A DNA stretch of 64,000 nucleotides from Eledone cirrhosa (Eukaryota), in NCBI GenBank assembly GCA_964016885.1, contig OZ024745.1, forward strand, positions 19,530,001-19,594,000, written 5' to 3'. Under the pieces are notes generated by a model that made no database searches, was not told where the DNA came from, and saw only the letters and a list, made by a program, of their open reading frames with translations. Below, piece by piece: positions 61,850 to 64,000 of this stretch; the first letter of the stretch is position 1, and every line of letters starts with the position of its first letter. The translations under genes were made by a program, and so were the position numbers.

Positions 61850-64000
61850 GTTAAGTGTTAATGGCGGCGGTGGTGGTAGTGGTTAGTAATGGTTAGGTGT
61901 TAATGGCGGCGGTGGTGGTAGTGGTTAGTAGTGGTTAGGTGTTGATGGTGGCGGTGGTGGTAGTGGTTGGTAGTGGTTAGGTGTTAATGGTGGCGGTGGT
62001 GGTAGTGGTTAGTAATGGTTAGGTGTTAATGGTGGCGGTGGTGGTAGTGGTTGGTAGTGGTTAGGTGTTAATGGTGGCGGTGGTGGTAGTGGTTGGTAGT
62101 GGTTAGGTGTTAATGGTGGCGGTGGTGGTAGTGGTTAGTAGTGGTTAGGTGTTAATGGTGGCGGTGGTGGTAGTGGTTGGTAGTGGTTAGGTGTTAATGG
62201 TGGCGGTGGTGGTAGTGGTTGGTAGTGGTTAGGTGTTAATGGTGGCGGTGGTGGTAGCGGTTGGTAGTGGTTAGGTGTTAATGGTGGCGGTGGTGGTAGT
62301 GGTTGGTAGTGGTTAGGTGTTAATGGTGGCGGTGGTGGTAGCGGTTGGTAGTGGTTAGGTGTTAATGGTGGCGGTGGTGGTAGTGGTTAGTAGTGGTTAG
62401 GTGTTAATGGTGGCGGTGGTGGTAGTGGTTAGTAGTGGTTAGGTGTTAATGGTGGCGGTGGTGGTAGTGGTTGGTAGTGGTTAGGTGTTAATGGTGGCGG
62501 TGGTGGTAGTGGTTAGTAGTGGTTAGGTGTTAATGGCGGCGGTGGTGGTAGCGGTTGGTAATGGTTAGGTGTTAATGGTGGCGGTGGTGGTAGTGGTTAG
62601 TAGTGGTTAGGTGTTAATGGTGGCGGTGGTGGTAGTGGTTAGTAGTGGTTAGGTGTTAATGGTGGCGGTGGTGGTAGTGGTTAGTAATGGTTAGGTGTTA
62701 ATGGTGGCGGTGGTGGTAGTGGTTAGTAGTGGTTAGGTGTTAATGGCGGCGGTGGTGGTAGTGGTTAGTAGTGGTTAGGTGTTAATGGCGGCGGTGGTGG
62801 TAGTGGTTAGTAGTGGTTAGGTGTTAATGGTGGCGGTGGTGGTAGTGGTTAGTAGTGGTTAGGTGTTAATGGTGGCGGTGGTGGTAGTGGTTAGTAGTGG
62901 TTAGGTGTTAATGGCGGCGGTGGTGGTAGTGGTTAGTAGTGGTTAGGTGTTAATGGTGGCGGTGGTGGTAGTGGTTAGTAATGGTTAGGTGTTAATGGTG
63001 GCGGTGGTGGTAGTGGTTGGTAGTGGTTAGGTGTTAATGGTGGCGGTGGTGGTAGTGGTTAGTAGTGGTTAGGTGTTAATGGCGGCGGTGGTGGTAGCGG
63101 TTGGTAATGGTTAGGTGTTAATGGCGGCGGTGGTGGTAGTGGTTAGTAGTGGTTAGGTGTTAATGGTGGCGGTGGTGGTAGTGGTTAGTAGTGGTTAGGT
63201 GTTAATGGTGGCGGTGGTGGTAGTGGTTAGTAGTGGTTAGGTGTTAATGGTGGCGGTGGTGGTAGTGGTTAGTAGTGGTTAGGTGTTAATGGCGGCGGTG
63301 GTGGTAGTGGTTAGTAGTGGTTAGGTGTTAATGGTGGCGGTGGTGGTAGTGGTTAGTAGTGGTTAGGTGTTAATGGTGGCGGTGGTGGTAGTGGTTAGTA
63401 GTGGTTAGGTGTTAATGGCGGCGGTGGTGGTAGTGGTTAGTAGTGGTTAGGTGTTAATGGCGGCGGTGGTGGTAGTGGTTAGTAGGTGTTAATGGTGGCG
63501 GTGGTGGTAGTGGTTAGTAGTGGTTAGGTGTTAATGGTGGCGGTGGTGGTAGTGGTTAGTAGTGGTTAGGTGTTAATGGTGGCGGTGGTGGTAGTGGTTA
63601 GTAGTGGTTAGGTGTTAATGGTGGCGGTGGTGGTAGTGGTTAGTAGTGGTTAGGTGTTAATGGTGGCGGTGGTGGTAGTGGTTAGTAGTGGTTAGGTGTT
63701 AATGGCGGCGGTGGTGGTAGTGGTTAGTAGTGGTTAGGTGTTAATGGCGGCGGTGGTGGTAGTGGTTAGTAGTGGTTAGGTGTTAATGGTGGCGGTGGTG
63801 GTAGTGGTTAGTAGTGGTTAGGTGTTAATGGTGGCGGTGGTGGTAGCGGTTAGTAGTGGTTAGGTGTTAATGGTGGCGGTGGTGGTAGTGGTTAGTAGTG
63901 GTTAGGTGTTAATGGTGGCGGTGGTGGTAGTGGTTAGTAGTGGTTAGGTGTTAATGGCGGCGGTGGTGGTAGTGGTTAGTAGTGGTTAGGTGTTAATGGT
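61850..64000 (+). repeat. 42-bp G/T-rich minisatellite GGTTAGGTGTTAATGGTGGCGGTGGTGGTAGTGGTTAGTAGT
   Basis: About 50 units running off the window end; degenerate lead-in from about 61600. Confidence 0.96.

Overview
Eukaryotic, gene-poor, repeat-saturated animal DNA. It is probably cephalopod (Octopus-like), inferred from the SINE families and the microsatellite load; no host gene is securely identifiable. The window is partitioned by microsatellite type, and each type hosts its own retroelements. (1) 6.5-27.2 kb: an (AAT/ATT)n tract split into a ~21 kb array of eight R4/Dong-type RLE retrotransposons from two families (all minus strand), one near-intact Tx1-clade APE element (plus strand) and a SINE. 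(2) 30-55 kb: (TA)n tracts hold Penelope-like elements (PLEs): one near full-length copy with pseudo-LTRs, a 3.5 kb fold-back, and many small palindromic remnants. About a dozen complete, degenerate or split hammerhead ribozyme motifs can be folded by eye. (3) 48.5-51.3 kb: a second, related Tx1 element sits in (GATA)n. G-rich 20-bp and 42-bp minisatellites lie near the two ends. Helitron-type and pogo/Tigger-type non-autonomous elements, tRNA-derived SINEs and old CR1/RTE fragments are also present. Most ORFs in the supplied track are translations of simple repeats. All alignments and RNA folds were done by eye; no searches were run.
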